64,000 nucleotides of DNA from Lama guanicoe (Eukaryota): the NCBI GenBank assembly GCA_013239625.1, contig MU053365.1:2080115-2144114 (forward strand). Reading direction: 5' to 3'. A program made the position numbers and the translations under genes. This document shows positions 51,136 to 64,000 of the stretch, piece by piece; positions within the stretch are counted from its first letter, which is position 1; each line of letters opens with the position of its first letter. Below the pieces are notes generated by a model that ran no database searches, was not told the origin of the DNA, and worked only from the letters and a program-made list of their open reading frames with translations.

Positions 51136-54059
51136 TGAGGAGAACCAACCTACATGTGGATGGTAGTACTTGAGAACTAACATATCAGAAACTCACAATG
51201 TAAGTGGGAAGTGACGCAGGGCCTGCTATAAATAAAGGTTCCTCTGATGTTTCCTAACAGCATCCAGGAAGAATCAAAGTGATTGCAAATTTGGTCCTCC
51301 AGCAAGTGACAAAATAAAGATGTGTTTCAGCATATTTCATCTTAACTACAGGGAAAGAACCAAAATTGCAGGAAGAGGAGATCAAAGTAGATATGAGAAA
51401 GAATGCACTGAAATAGTGCTGAATGGAACAAAAATTCGATATCAAGACCACAAAGCCTCCTTCGGTAGACATTTTTAGGAAAACAGATCATGTTGTGTGT
51501 ATGCACGCAAACCCATACCCTAGCATATTCCTATTCCAAGTGGGAGAAATTAAGAGACATTAACTTGATGACATCTTTAGGTGGTTTCCAGCCTATAATT
51601 CCCGGGTACCATATTTGTTTAATTAAAAAGCTATTCAACATGCACAGAAGATGTTACCAAGGATGTTAATATTAAAATAAAGAAAATTGCAGAGTCATTT
51701 TAAAATCATTATCAAACATTTAAATTTCCATTAAGGAAAATGGAACAATGAATCTTTAAAGACTCCTAAATGGGCGGCACTCCACATTGTATATTCCAAT
51801 ACTTATGAATAGCCAATTGTAAGTAATCCAAATTTCAAAAGACAACTGGCCTGGGGAGGTGTATACAAGTGATTAGAATTTCAAAGAGCCCAGAATAAAT
51901 ACCAGCCCTTTGATAGGATAATTTATGCATAAAGTGGCAGGAAGAGGTGTCTGAGTTGTTCTTGGAAAGTTCACACAGAGCTATATTAGGAGTTTAAAGC
52001 AACCTTTGGTAATTTCTTATGTGTAATGAAACTCTGGGCAAGATGCTTTTTCATATTAAGATGTTATTGACCAATGGTTTACGCAAAGAACATCTAATCA
52101 TCCTACTGCTTTTTCATAAATTATAAAGCTATAGTATTTGAAAAATATAGCTTGTGATCTGTTTGTTAGGGTATCATTTAAATTGATGAATATCATCAAA
52201 AACAGCCCAAAGAAAACGGCAATGAATTACCAATTCAGAGGGGTACTTGCGCTCAATGTCTTTTTTGTGCACAAAGAACTCACAGGAAACTCTAAATCCT
52301 TGAATGTATAGAGCTATTTAGTAATCCGTGGCCCTTTGGGAAGGAAAAAAAAAAGACTGAAATATCCATTGTTTTTGTAGGCAAGTTGACGGTTCACACA
52401 GGTAATGTTAAAGAGGGCCCACAAACGGTTCACAGGGGAAATATTAAAGGATGTTAAGGAAAGGGCACCATTAGGAAGAAAAAAATGACATTTATTCTGA
52501 AAGTATGTAAGATTTATAGTCTATAACAGTTAGTAGCGATACTCCCCGACACCCAGTCCTGAATTCTTGCATTTAATGTGTTCTTATAGGTATACTGGGG
52601 AGAATTTAAATTCCGAAGATCTATTTTGTTCTAGGAAATAAAACTCTTCGATTTGTATAGTACTTATTGCTGAGTCACCAAAAAAAAAAAAAAAAATCCA
52701 AACTTAGAAGCAAGGAGAATTTCCCAGGCCCCTGGCTGGTGCAGTTCCCAGCACAGTGTGACTGGGCCTCTGTCTGGGCTCACGCGCATCACGCTAGGCC
52801 TGGGTCCTGGCGTCCCTACGCGTGAGCTGCGGTCCGGCCTCTCTCTCCCCCAGAGCCCAATTCTATAGCTACTGCTCGCGTATCAGAGAATGCGAAGTGA
52901 CTGGAAGTATGCAGCTGAGGACACTTTGGATTTTGAAGCTAAGCCAGAAAACCCTTATTAAAAGTCCTTGTGAGGAAATGTCCTCAGATTGTCTGGTGTG
53001 GAATCCAAACGAATCACGCTCTCCAGTCAGACCAATCAACTGAGAACAGTGTTCTCTTAAAACAAATTAAAGACACTCGCGCCTCACAGTGAGTGGGAAG
53101 AAAACTGTATAATCCACGCAGGCAAGGATTAACGGGGCCTGAAATCTGAATGATGAAAGGGGAACAGGGATAGATCATTGAGGGGCGGGTCAGGGGAGGG
53201 GGGGAATTGGGAGGGGGAACAATGTCGGATATACAGTCAAAGATACCATGGCTGAATGTTTGTCTTAGGTTTTTGGACTTCTAATGTCAGAAGTCCGCAT
53301 ATAATACGGCTTTGGTTGAGTAGCTTTAGTCCTGATAAGGGGCTGCTGAAGGCCTGGTTAGCAAGGATAGGGTGCTGTTAAAGAAAAGAAAAGAACAAAG
53401 AAAGAAGGATGGCTAGCAGCCAGCCAGGGCAGGATTAACCCACTCTCACGCAGCTCTGAAGAGCAATTGAATGTGGCCTCTGTCATGAAAGCTGAGTTAA
53501 AAATGCCACCTTTGGAGCCTCACTGAAGAGTCTAAGAGTAGTCGGACCTCCTACTGGGATTGCTATGCTGAGAGCTTTCTATTCTGGCTTTAAAGAAACA
53601 AAAATATGGTTCAGATTTCCGTTAATCAATGGAACCCAAACATATGCTGGAACAGACTAACATACTTAATAAAGGTAAGAGCGAACAAAAGGCTGCGGGG
53701 TCTGCTTCAGGGCTTTGAGTTCCCTGAGTGGAGCCCCACATCCTCATGACAGCCTCAGGGGGATGAGCCGGGCCTGGCCGCACGGAAGAAAGCCGAGGTG
53801 GCAGGCTGGTGCCCACGTGAAAGAGCTCCGAGCAGGCCCCACCTCTGAGGCAGTCAGGATAGCTGGCCTCCTCGACCTGGTATCTGAGTGAACCTGACAC
53901 TCGGCACAGTATTTCCATACAGGAGCATCTGCCGCGGTTCTAGACCTCATAGCTTATTCAGCACGTAGTTGAGGCCTGGCACAGTGCAGAAGAGGGTGCG
54001 CTTATGATTTAGTCTCCTGGGGCTCAAGTGCAAGTTCTCCTCTTTACAAATTCTTCTCA

Positions 54060-54222
54060 CTGGGAATATCACTTAACCCCTCTGAGCCTCAGTTTCCTCA
54101 TCTTTAAAACGGCAGTATCAATACACTAACCACGTAAGATCGTCAGGAGTGGTAAGTCGTTATCAATATGTTAATGACATTAAAGCACATTATACCAAAT
54201 CTGGCACAGAGTAAACACTTAA
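54060..54222 (+). mobile_element. MIR SINE
   Basis: cacttaacccctctgagcctcagtttcctcatctttaaaacgg. Confidence 0.9.
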
Positions 54223-54321
54223 AGATCATCAATAGTCTTTGTTTCAAGATGAAGACTCCAGAATATTTCTGCTTTATCACTGCCAGATGACAGCCCGGTG
54301 GACTCATCAAAAGCAAGTGGT

Positions 54322-54500
54322 ACTATATATAAAACAGATAAACAACAAGGTCCCACTCTACAGCACAGGGAACTATATTCAATATCTTATACTAGCCTAT
54401 AATGAAAAATATGAAAAGAAATATATATGAATAACTGAATCACTATGCTGTACACCAGAAACTAACATTGTAAACTGATTCTACTTCAAATAAAAAAAAA
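54322..54500 (+). mobile_element. Short young L1 3' UTR with TSD
   Basis: Same family as 1801-2281; aataaa + poly(A); TSD aaaagcaagtggt (54309-54321) / aaaagcaaacggt (54501-54513). Confidence 0.92.
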
Positions 54501-54612
54501 AAAAGCAAACGGTCCACACACAAGGAGCAAGCTACAGCCCAACTCCATGAGTTTTCCAACACATTCCTTAAGGCGTTCTCCAAAAAAATGAGAGCTCACA
54601 AAGGAACCTGTG

Positions 54613-54805
54613 TAAGGTGGTCAGATTTAGCAAATAAAAACATAGAATGCTCGGTTACATTTGAATTTCAGATAAATAAAAAATAATTTTATAATAAGTA
54701 TATCCCAAATATTGCATGGCACAGACATACTAAAAATATACGTTCATTGTTTATCTGAAGTTCATATTGAACTGGGTATCCTGTACTTTTCTGCTAATAC
54801 TACAC
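54613..54805. mobile_element. MER53 palindromic hAT MITE
   Basis: cagatttagcaaataaaaa...tttgaatttcagataaa...tttatctgaagttcatattgaactggg matches recalled MER53. Confidence 0.85.
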
Positions 54806-54879
54806 TAGTCTAATCCCTTTTAGATTCAGTCAAACCACAAATTCACCAGTTGTTCTAAACCCACTTTCTGTTATAATAA

Positions 54880-55135
54880 CCATATTTAACATTCATGGAG
54901 TATTTACTACGTGACAGGCACTGTACTGAGGGCATCCCTCACAGTATCGCCTTTAATGTCCACAAACCCTATGAGGTTGGTATTATTATTATTATATCCT
55001 TTTTACAGCAGAAGACACTGAAACACAAGAATATAAGGGGGTAACTTGTTCTAAACCACAGTGCTAGTAAGTGGCAGATCTGGGATTAGAATCCAAGTCT
55101 CTCTGATTTTGAAACTAATACTTTTAGCAATTATG
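54880..55135 (-). mobile_element. MIR SINE
   Basis: tactacgtgacaggcactgtact...aaccctatgaggttggtattatt...ttttacagcagaagacactga...gggattagaatccaagtctctctga. Confidence 0.85.
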
Positions 55136-56129
55136 ATATGTTGCTTCCTTTCAGGGTTGGGGGTCATTCATTCCACCCACCAAAAAATTATAAAATACTC
55201 ATTGTGTGTGAATCACTGTCATAGTCACCTAATCCTATGATCTTTGAATCCCCCATCTGTAAACAAAGGATTCAGCGAAACAGCCTACCTGTAAAGTGCA
55301 GAGATGACATGCCTGTGTGGGGAGAAGGTAACGTTTAGCTGGTCTTTCAAGACCTAGCAGGATATTCACAAGCTATTAGAGGACAGGAAATCATATCACA
55401 AAAAGCTAAATAAGAGGAGAGCTTGAGCAGCCAATGAACTAGTTGCCCAATGGCTGGTAGATTATGCCGTGGGGCTATTATTAAAAGGTCAGGGAAGTCA
55501 AACTCTGGAGATTATTGAAGCCATATTTATAGAGCACTTAAGCAACACTAAATCCAGAGCTGACAGTCATTTTCATACTATTCTTGCTCATAGAGCAGTT
55601 TTTGCAAAAAGTGGCATTCCAAAAGTTTTTCCACCTCTGATCATTCATGATATATATTGCACTCATTTAAACAATCATACATCTAAAGACTTTCAACATT
55701 AAAGGTTTTCAATGTGAAATTTCTTTGGCTGACATTTTCCAGTATTTTATCAAGATCCTACTTCCTAGGATTCCAGATGTAGCGGGAGATAATAACAATC
55801 GTAACCTCACTAATAGCAAGAGTTCAATGTTGTCGTTGGCTTTACAGGTTACATAATTTTTTCATACCCATTAGCTCATCCCGTAATGTTCCACAAACAG
55901 AGCTGAGGAAGATGAACCTGAAGAAAACTATCAGTAAAGTCTGCATCATATGTTTATATATGGCTATTTAGGCCAGATTATATCTATCACTATAAGATGC
56001 TCTGCACTCCCAGGAGCTCCCTCCCTGTCTTCCCTGGAAATCCTTTTCTTTTACATTAGCCCTCACTCCTCCCCAGTTCCTAAAACCTTTCCACGTTCCA
56101 CTACCCTCTGACACTCATCAGCAGAATCC

Positions 56130-56866
56130 TGATATTGACATCGTCAAGCTTTTCTCTCAGTGAGCCCTTTCCCTTCTTTAGAGTCTAACTGAAACCCGGA
56201 TACTGCTTTTCCTGAAGGCCTCTCACTCACAGTGCCTGCTGTGTTTCCCTCATACCACTGGGCCTAGAGTCTGTAGATGATTGTGGTTGAAGGTGGCAGT
56301 CTGAGGGCATTGGGTTCAAACCCCAGGAGGGTGGTATTTAGGAAAGAGGGAGCAAGGAGAATACCTTCCTCTCTTCCAGGTATGCCACCTTTGAGGAGCT
56401 TAACTCTCAAATGCCTTTCACTATTTCCAAATACTACTCCCGTCATAATTCCTGGTGATTTGTCTCGCATGGATGATCCTTCCAACATGCTGGATTTTCA
56501 GTCCCTTGACTTTGTCTCCCCCAAATAATTGTATCTTCCACCTGATCTCATCCATTCACTCCCTGGCCATACTCCTTAAACTGTACCATTACCTCTAACT
56601 GTGACCCTTCCCTAATTACAGTTTCAAGGATTCCCATCTCATTACCACCTCCTGTCTTCCCAATTCACTTTCTCCAGCTCATGTAGGGAAAAGAAAACAA
56701 AGTCATCACAAGGCCTACAAAGTCTATTTTATCTTTTTAAAATATTTGTCTCCAACCACTAGACAGTAATCTTCAAGAGAGGTTAGGGATGTTTAACTTT
56801 TTGTTCATGCTCTTTAGACAGTGCCTAGCACAGAGTAGACAATAAATGTGTGTTGGATAAATAATG
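56130..56866 (+). mobile_element. L2 fragments (endonuclease-region relic and 3' end)
   Basis: ctaactgaaacc (LTET) and gtcataattcctggtgatt (VIIPGD) motifs; cagtgcctagcacagagtagacaataaatgtgtgttggataaat tail. Confidence 0.65.
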
Positions 56867-56904
56867 GATCAGACATTTTAGGTAATGGAAAGAAATGTGA
56901 TATT

Positions 56905-57536
56905 CACTGTCTCAGAGAGTTATCTGCACTCACTAGTTCATTATAGTATTCTTCACAATAGCCAAGACATGGAAACAACCTAGATGTCCATCAGTGGAGG
57001 AATGGATAAAGAAAATGTGGTATACACAGTGGAATACTATTTAGCCATAAAAAGAAGGAAATCCTGTCATTTGTTTGTGACAACAGGGATGAACCTTGAG
57101 GGCATTACGGTAAGTGAAATAAGTCAACTAACAGAAATGCTGTATGTTCTCACTTATATATATGTTGAATCTAAAAAAAAGTTAACTCATAGAAACAGAG
57201 TAGATGGGTGGTTGCCAGGGGCTAAGGGGTAGAGGAATTGGGGAGATGTTGGTCAAAGGATTCAAACTTCCAGATATAAGATGATTAAGGTCTGAGGATG
57301 TAACATATAACATGGTGACTATCGTTAACAATACTATATGGTATACCTGAAAGTTTCTAAGACAGTCTCTCTATAAGAGCCAAATAGTAATTAAGTGATG
57401 TGAAGGATTGTGGATTAACCTTGTGTGATAAACATTTTGCAACATATATGTGTATCAAATCATTTCATCTTACACTTTAAACATACAGACTGTTATGTGT
57501 CAATTATATCTCAATAAAGCCAGAAAAAATTCTAAC
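56905..57536 (+). mobile_element. L1MA9-like 3' end with 14-bp TSD
   Basis: caatagccaagacatggaaacaacc...tctcaataaagccagaaaaa; TSD agaaatgtgatatt (56891-56904) / agaaatgcgatatt (57537-57550). Confidence 0.92.
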
Positions 57537-57639
57537 AGAAATGCGATATTGAAGTTTCTGGTATGCATTTCTTTTACTCTGACATTCTATACTTAGCTGA
57601 GGTGAGGAGGCGGTAACAGTGATTACAACATCACCAAGA

Positions 57640-57850
57640 AAACAACACCCACCACTTATGATATATATCTATGGTGAGTTATGCATTTTGATAAGTGATT
57701 TATTATACGTTGTCTACAATCCTTACAACAACCCTTCAAAGTAGGTGAAGCTCAACAAGATTAACTGACTAGTCCAAGGTCACCAAGCTGTTAATTATCT
57801 GGCTAAGATTAAAGTCAATTTCTAGCTGAAGTCTGCACTCTTTCCAGATT
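57640..57850 (-). mobile_element. MIR fragment
   Basis: aatccttacaacaacccttcaaagtagg...tccaaggtcaccaagctg. Confidence 0.65.
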
Positions 57851-58369
57851 ACACCCCACTGCTTCCACATAGAGCTAATGGGACTTTCCATGGCTTCTAC
57901 ATTTCTATGAAAATTTCCTTCCATCAAAATCCCCTACTGTCAAATCACAATCTGCTCTGCAGTGCCCTTAGAAGCAAAAGATAATTGTATTAAAGATGAC
58001 TGAGCGTTGTGCTTGTGTTAGTAGCTTACATTGAGGAGTAGGTATCAGCTGGAGTTGGATCCACAAACAATTCAGAGCGCGCTGAGTGAATTAGTGACTG
58101 CTGCTTGCCTACACAAATGTCACCTCCAGGGCTAAAGCTGGGGCACAGTGACAAAGAAGTTCCACAACTTCCACTGATCTCTTTAGGCACTTTGTGGCAG
58201 GTGTCATAGCGCTCCATAAGGTGTATATTGCTATCTAGCTGATCAGAACACTGAATTTGTAATAAGGATAAACCTGTATTATCAAGTATGTCCCACAGAA
58301 GCAGAGCTTGAGTCTTGTTAACAGGGCTCGTATCTAAATTCTTATAAAAATATGTGAGTAATAATGAAT

Positions 58370-60168
58370 GTCAAGTGTATCATGATTTGATATCCCCTTT
58401 TACCTACTGTGTTTTTCTGCATATCTCATTCTGTACGTCTGCAACTTTGTACCCTCTGACTAACATTTCTCCATTTTTTTTTAACTCTCCAGCCCCTGGT
58501 AACCACTATTCTATTCTCCAATATTTCAAGTTTTACTCTTTTAGATGCCACATATAAGTGAGATCATATAGGATTTGTCTTTCTGTGTCTGGCTTATTCC
58601 ACTTAGCATAATGTCCTCCAGGTTCATCCACGTTGTTGCAAATGACAGGACTTCTTTTTTAAGGATGAATAAAATTCCATTGTTTCATATATAGATATGT
58701 GTGTTTCTTTCTCCCATTTTTTTATCCATTCATCCGTCGATGGGCACTTAGATTTTTTCCATATCTTGGCTATTGTGAATAATGCTGCCATAAACACAGG
58801 CCTGCCAATATCTCTTCAAGGTATTTTATTTCCTTTGGATATATATCCAGAAGTGGAATTGATGGATCATATAATAGATCAATTTTTATATTTTTGGTAA
58901 CCTCCATACTGTTTTCCATGGTGAGTGTGACAATTTACATTCCCACCAACAGTGTACAAGGGTTTCCTTTTCCCCAAATCCTCGTTAACATTTGTTATTT
59001 CTTGTCTTTTTGATAATAGGCATCCTAACAGGAGTGAGGTGATGTCTCACTGCAGTTTTGATTTACATTTCCTCGATGGTCAGTGATGCTGCACATCTTT
59101 TGCTATACCTGCTCACATTTGTCTGCCTTATTTGGAGAAATGTGTATTTTCATTCTGGTTATTTGTTTATTGCTATTGTTTATTTACATATTTTGTATAT
59201 GAATCTCTTTTTCAGTATATGGTTTACGAATATTTTCTACCACTCTGTAGTTTGTCGCTTTATTCTATTGTTTCCCACTTGGGACAGAAGCTTTTACTTT
59301 GAGGCAATTCCATTTACCTATTTTTGCCTTCATTGTCTGGGCTTTTAATGATCATACTAAAAAAAATCATCACCCAGACCAATGTCAAAAAGCTTTTTTC
59401 TGTAAATGTTTTTCTTGGAGTTTCATAGTTTCAGGTTTTATGTTTAAGTCTTTAATCCATTTTGAGGGGTTTTTTTTGTATATGATGTTGAATAAGGAAG
59501 GATCCCGTTTCATTCTCCTACCTGTGAGTATCCAGTTTTTCCAGCACCGCTTATTAACGAGACTGTTCTTTCCCCACCGATGTGTTCTTGGCAACTCTGT
59601 GGAGGATTAGTTTCTCATAGACACGCGGGTTCATTTATGGGCTCTCTGTTCCATTCGTCTATATGACTCTTTTTATGGGAAGATCATACTGTATTGATGA
59701 CTATAACTTTATAGTATATTTTGAAATCAGGCAGTGTGATGTCTAAAGCTTTGTTTTTATTGCTCAAGATGCCTTTTGCTATGCTGAGTCTTTTCTGATT
59801 ACATAGAAATTTTAGGACTTTTTTTTCCCCTTTTCTATGAAAAATGTCATTAGAATTTTGATAAAGATTGCCTTCAATCTACACATGGCTTTGGGTAGCA
59901 TGGACATTTTAACAAAATTAACCCTTTTAACCTATGAACACAGGCTATCTTTCCATTAAAATGTATCTTCTTCAATTTTGTTCATCAGTATTTTATAGTT
60001 TTCAGTGTACAGATCTTTCACATCCTTGGTTAAATTTCTATCCCTAAGTATTTTATTCTTTCTGATGCTCTTGTATGTGGGACTTCTTTTCCAGATAGTT
60101 CCTTGGTAGAGTCTAGAAATGCAACTGATTTTTGTATGTTGATGTTGTATCCTGAAATATCACTGAAA
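58370..60168 (-). mobile_element. L1 (L1MA-like) 3' UTR + distal ORF2
   Basis: Minus-strand WGKNSLVNKRCWKNW...SKWIKDLNIKPETMKL. Confidence 0.92.
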
Positions 60169-61974
60169 AGTATTTGCATAGTTTGTTACTCTATTTAATC
60201 TGTTTTTATTTTAGGAAAGAATAATAAATTAAAATGTTTGGTAACCAGTGTTGTGCATTATTTAAGTGTACAGACATTCAAAGATTATTTAACTGAGGTA
60301 TAAGATATTAGAGTTAATTAAGGATCTGAACATTACAATTTAGTTAAGACATTAAATCTTTATGACTGATAGCAGTTTAAGAAGTTCATAAAATTAAATC
60401 CTTTAAAAAGCACCCTTTATTATCTTTCAATTTAGTTTAATACAATTTTCTACATACAGCTTTTAATTTTCCACAATTTGTAGAAACATAACTTTTTAAA
60501 CTCATTAAACCAATATAGGAAATGTTATAAGTTTGTGTTATGAGGAATTTAACCCTGATCTTGAACAGACCAAGGTATTATGTTAACATTTTTATATGGC
60601 AAACTAATTTTATAAACACTTTGAATCATGCTAAACATCTTATTTTATCTTGAGACTAAAGCCTTATTATCTTGTAGCTGTAGCAACAAAGGCTGCTATG
60701 TACATACACTTTTCAGTGTCCACAAAAAGAAACACCATTTAATAACTTTCCTTTGTTTATTTATATATATTTTTACCTTTTAGATCATTCTGATTGCTTA
60801 CCTAGACTAGATATCCCTAGAGGGCCTACAAGAGAGCTAAATTATTTTTTGATTAGTGAATGGTTATAATTTCATGAGAACTGGGGGAAGGGACAGGAGG
60901 AAGTCAGCTCCAGAAAAGAGAGAGAAGAACATTTAGATATAGAAAAAGAGATTTTACATATACACACACATACAAAAGAGTCTGACATATAGATGATATT
61001 GACATAACTCGGAGTTTTGACAACTTTATCAAATCAGACAGTTAACAAGCCAGCACTTATTAATTTTCAAAGTACAGAAAAGGAGGGGATGTCTCTCATG
61101 TTAAAAAAAAAAGAAAAGATTTCTCTTTCAGACAAATAAGATAGACCATTACCTCATGAGGATTTCTTTGCTTTCTGTTCTAAGGTACCCCTCGAATGAA
61201 CTATGTTGTTCATGTCAAAAGCTCCCAAAGTGGTCACTGTTATTCTAAATTGTCTCTGTTGAAATGGTTCCAGTTAGAAAAATAAACATACAGTTTAGCT
61301 TCATAGTGAGAACACACGACGGAAGCAGGGGCTCAGCCTGCCAGAGGCACAGCTGTAGAAAATGAAACCACCTGTCAGAATGGTGCTTGCGTAACTTGAT
61401 GTCTCTGGTGTTTGGCCAAAGGTCAGGGGCCAAACAAACCTCCTGACTCTGAGTAGATGCAACTAAACAGGGACATTCTCTGAGACGCAAAGGCAGGACT
61501 GAGAAGGAAATCCCGTGACAACACTTGTCCAAAGCACACTGGTCTGAAGAGACCTTCTAAACTCCTCAGTCCCTGGTACCAGGTCACGAACGACTTATTG
61601 GACTATATTCATCTTCCACCTATAGACTTTTTTTTTAATGGACAAACAACATTCAAGACACTAGACCAGCAAACAGACTATAAGAGAAGGTGTTAGAAGG
61701 CTCTAAGACCAGGGAATAATGCAAACCTGACTGGGCAACAAAGATATCCCAAGAGACCTTATTTCTAAGAAAACAAAATAAACCCAATGTCAAAGGGCTT
61801 CAGTGAAATACTGGAGTTCAATTCAGCGTGAATTTACCTTTCAGCTATGGACAGGGTGTATGTCAAATAGAAACACAAGAGACCTCAGCTATGGCTATGC
61901 ACACTACTCCTGCGTTGAGGGTCCTGACCCAAAGAAGAGAGTGTATCAGCTGAACCTCAATGGAATCTCCATTT

Positions 61975-62520
61975 CAGTCAATGCTCTCTAAGCCCAAGAC
62001 CACCAGGAACACACCATTGGATAAACGAGTTGCGTGTATTATTATATCACAAGGAGGAAGAAGGCACACCATGGGCACCTTGAGACATTTCTAGAAGAGG
62101 GTGTTAAGAAGGACTTCTTTTAGGAAATACGTATAGACAGAAAGGTTTAGGGCTTGTGGCAGGTGGTTTGGGGAAAGCTTTAAGGAAGCACGGCTTTGTT
62201 CTGGGTTGGATGCTTTCAGGAAGTGGGATAATTCCATAATTGGCTATTTTAATAAATATTATGCATGGAGAGGGCAGACCAGAGTTGAGCTAAAGCTGTG
62301 ACTGGTTAAAAAAAAAATCAGTCACTCACATTAAGTAAGATTGGGGAATGTTTGGTATTCTTTGGCTTGGACAATGTTCATGTTTTGGCTGTGTTCAGAC
62401 TTGACCTTGGAGTGGTCTTTTTCTCTTGATCTGTCATGGTCACAGAGTGGCCTTAATGGATGTTGATGTTCTGTGATATTGTTTAGCTTCTGGATTATCA
62501 GTGGCTGTTTTCCTTGGGCC
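61975..62520 (-). mobile_element. Solo LTR, family unassigned (probably ERV1 class)
   Basis: ccaagaccaccaggaacac...cacaccatggg...tggcttggacaatgttcatgtttt...catggtcacagagtggcc resembles old eutherian LTR consensus. Confidence 0.55.
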
Positions 62521-64000
62521 AACAGACGTTTTGTCAGAAGACAATGGTAGTTAATAGCATAAGCAACAGAGAAAAATTCTTCCGTTAGAGAAAGTAAGTG
62601 CGTTAGGCCTGACAAGCAAAGCTCATGTCAGAATATGCTGTTAAATTAACAAGAAATGCTCCTGGATAGAAGAATGGAAGTGGAGAGAGATAAAGATACA
62701 TTAAGATGTTCTTAAGTCTGTCTGTTTCATAAATAGTTCAAAGAGGCTTATTTAAGAGCCTATTTTGAGCTGGATTCCTAGTGAAAAGTAAAAGTGTCTA
62801 AATGAGAACAATATACCCATTTTGCTCAGCACCAGAAAGCTCTATAATTTGCTGGAGAGATAATAGAACTGTTACACAGACAAAACCGAAGCTTGTAAGA
62901 GTCTGTTTACCACTGGCCTAATAGTAAGTCATCCTTTCTTAGCCTTTTCATTTGCAATTGATTTCTGGAGGTTGGAAACAAGTTCGTGACTCTGGATTTT
63001 AAAGTCAGTAGGATGAATCTGCTGCCTCGTGTCATGCTGGGTTGGAGGCAGCACTGGATTTGAAGGAAATAGAAAGAAACTTGGACTCGTAAAATGAGTT
63101 TGGGCAGGAGGTCCGATAAGCAAAATGAGTGACGAGGACATAAATACTAGAGGGTCACATCCAGTTGACCTCCGAAATCTATGTCAATTGTCAGGCCGCA
63201 GGGGGCTGGTGGGGAACTAGAAAGTCGCACCAGATACACTGCGGCAGCCACAGAGGAAGAGTGGGGTCACTAAGGCAACTCCGGGTATTCTGCTCCGATT
63301 GCTGAGCTGAGCCTAAAGGCTTAACTTTGAAGGAGACAGTTCACCAGAAGAAAGCATAAAGATCTAAACAATGAACTGCTGAATGGATTAATATAGAGAG
63401 CCAAAGTAGGGAATAGAACCCTCTTAGATACAGATTTTTTGTCGTCTATCAGTGGTGATACTATTCTAGCTGGCATTTCTTCTGTTTTGTTTTTCATACC
63501 ATAGCCCACCTGCCTCACCTCCAGGAATGGGCTGTTCATGCTTCCCATGTGGTTCCCATTGCTTCTTGTAGCATCTCCGCATGCACCAAATTCACAACTA
63601 TCCTTTCATGAGAAAGTGCCAAGGCTGAGAAGAAGCAGAGGCACCCTGAGAAATCTAGGTCAGCTTCATACAGGAACAAGAGAACCCAGGATCCAGGACA
63701 GCAATTTGCTTCGAAGCTTCAAACTCTCTTACCAGGATGAGTATGCTTGCATCAAATGCCTCCCTATTTCCATTTGGAATGATTTCCCGTCTATCTTGTT
63801 TGGAAATCATCTCATGTCTTTTCACATGATTTAATCTAGAGTCGGTGCTTAACCTGTATTTGCCAGTTGACTCTTTGGCAATTTAATCTCAGCACTTCTC
63901 GGTTTCCCCAAAGGCCAGGCTTTCTAATTTGATTTCATTTTATGCCCACTCCCCACCCCCTGACCCTCACCAAATTATCCAACAATTTTCAGTGACAGCT

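Noticed and set aside
53275..53296. Small hairpin ggacttct-aatgtc-agaagtcc
   Set aside because: An 8-bp stem is expected by chance in 64 kb.
63193..63210. CTCF-like ggccgcagggggctgg
   Set aside because: Mismatches at key 5' positions of the core; unsupported.
184..63834. Supplied six-frame ORFs (60-148 aa) as host genes
   Set aside because: Short, many start at non-ATG codons, most lie inside repeats (e.g. 8715-9161 within an LTR, 22835-23200 antisense to L1 ORF1), and none resembles a cellular protein I recognise. Small real exons cannot be excluded by eye.
1..64000. CRISPR arrays, tRNA/rRNA genes or prokaryotic operon-like systems
   Set aside because: The sequence is mammalian repeat-rich DNA; I saw no regularly spaced repeat-spacer array or structural RNA signature.

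Overview
Mammalian non-coding (intergenic or deep intronic) DNA that is AT-rich and dominated by transposable-element fossils: L1, L2, MIR, MaLR/ERVL/ERV1 LTRs, and hAT and Tigger DNA transposons. I saw no Alu, Bov-tA, PRE-1, SINEC or ERE SINEs. The youngest insertions are short L1 3'-UTR copies of a type I associate with camelids, so alpaca/camel is my inferred source; this is not verified. I cannot support any intact protein-coding gene, tRNA, rRNA or CRISPR array, and the supplied ORFs look like chance or repeat-derived frames. The main coding relics are a decayed, internally deleted class I ERV (about 10.4-14.8 kb; gag/pro, RT N-terminus, RNase H, env) and L1 ORF1/ORF2 fragments. I found no convincing new biological system. 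The best leads are: an unassigned 171-bp fold-back palindrome (26491-26661); an L1 whose 5' end is fused to distal ORF2 between degraded TSDs; a convergently rearranged L1 5'UTR/ORF1; and a motif-rich repeat-poor island at about 52.6-53.9 kb. Repeat family names come from recalled consensus sequences, and boundaries are approximate unless a TSD is quoted.
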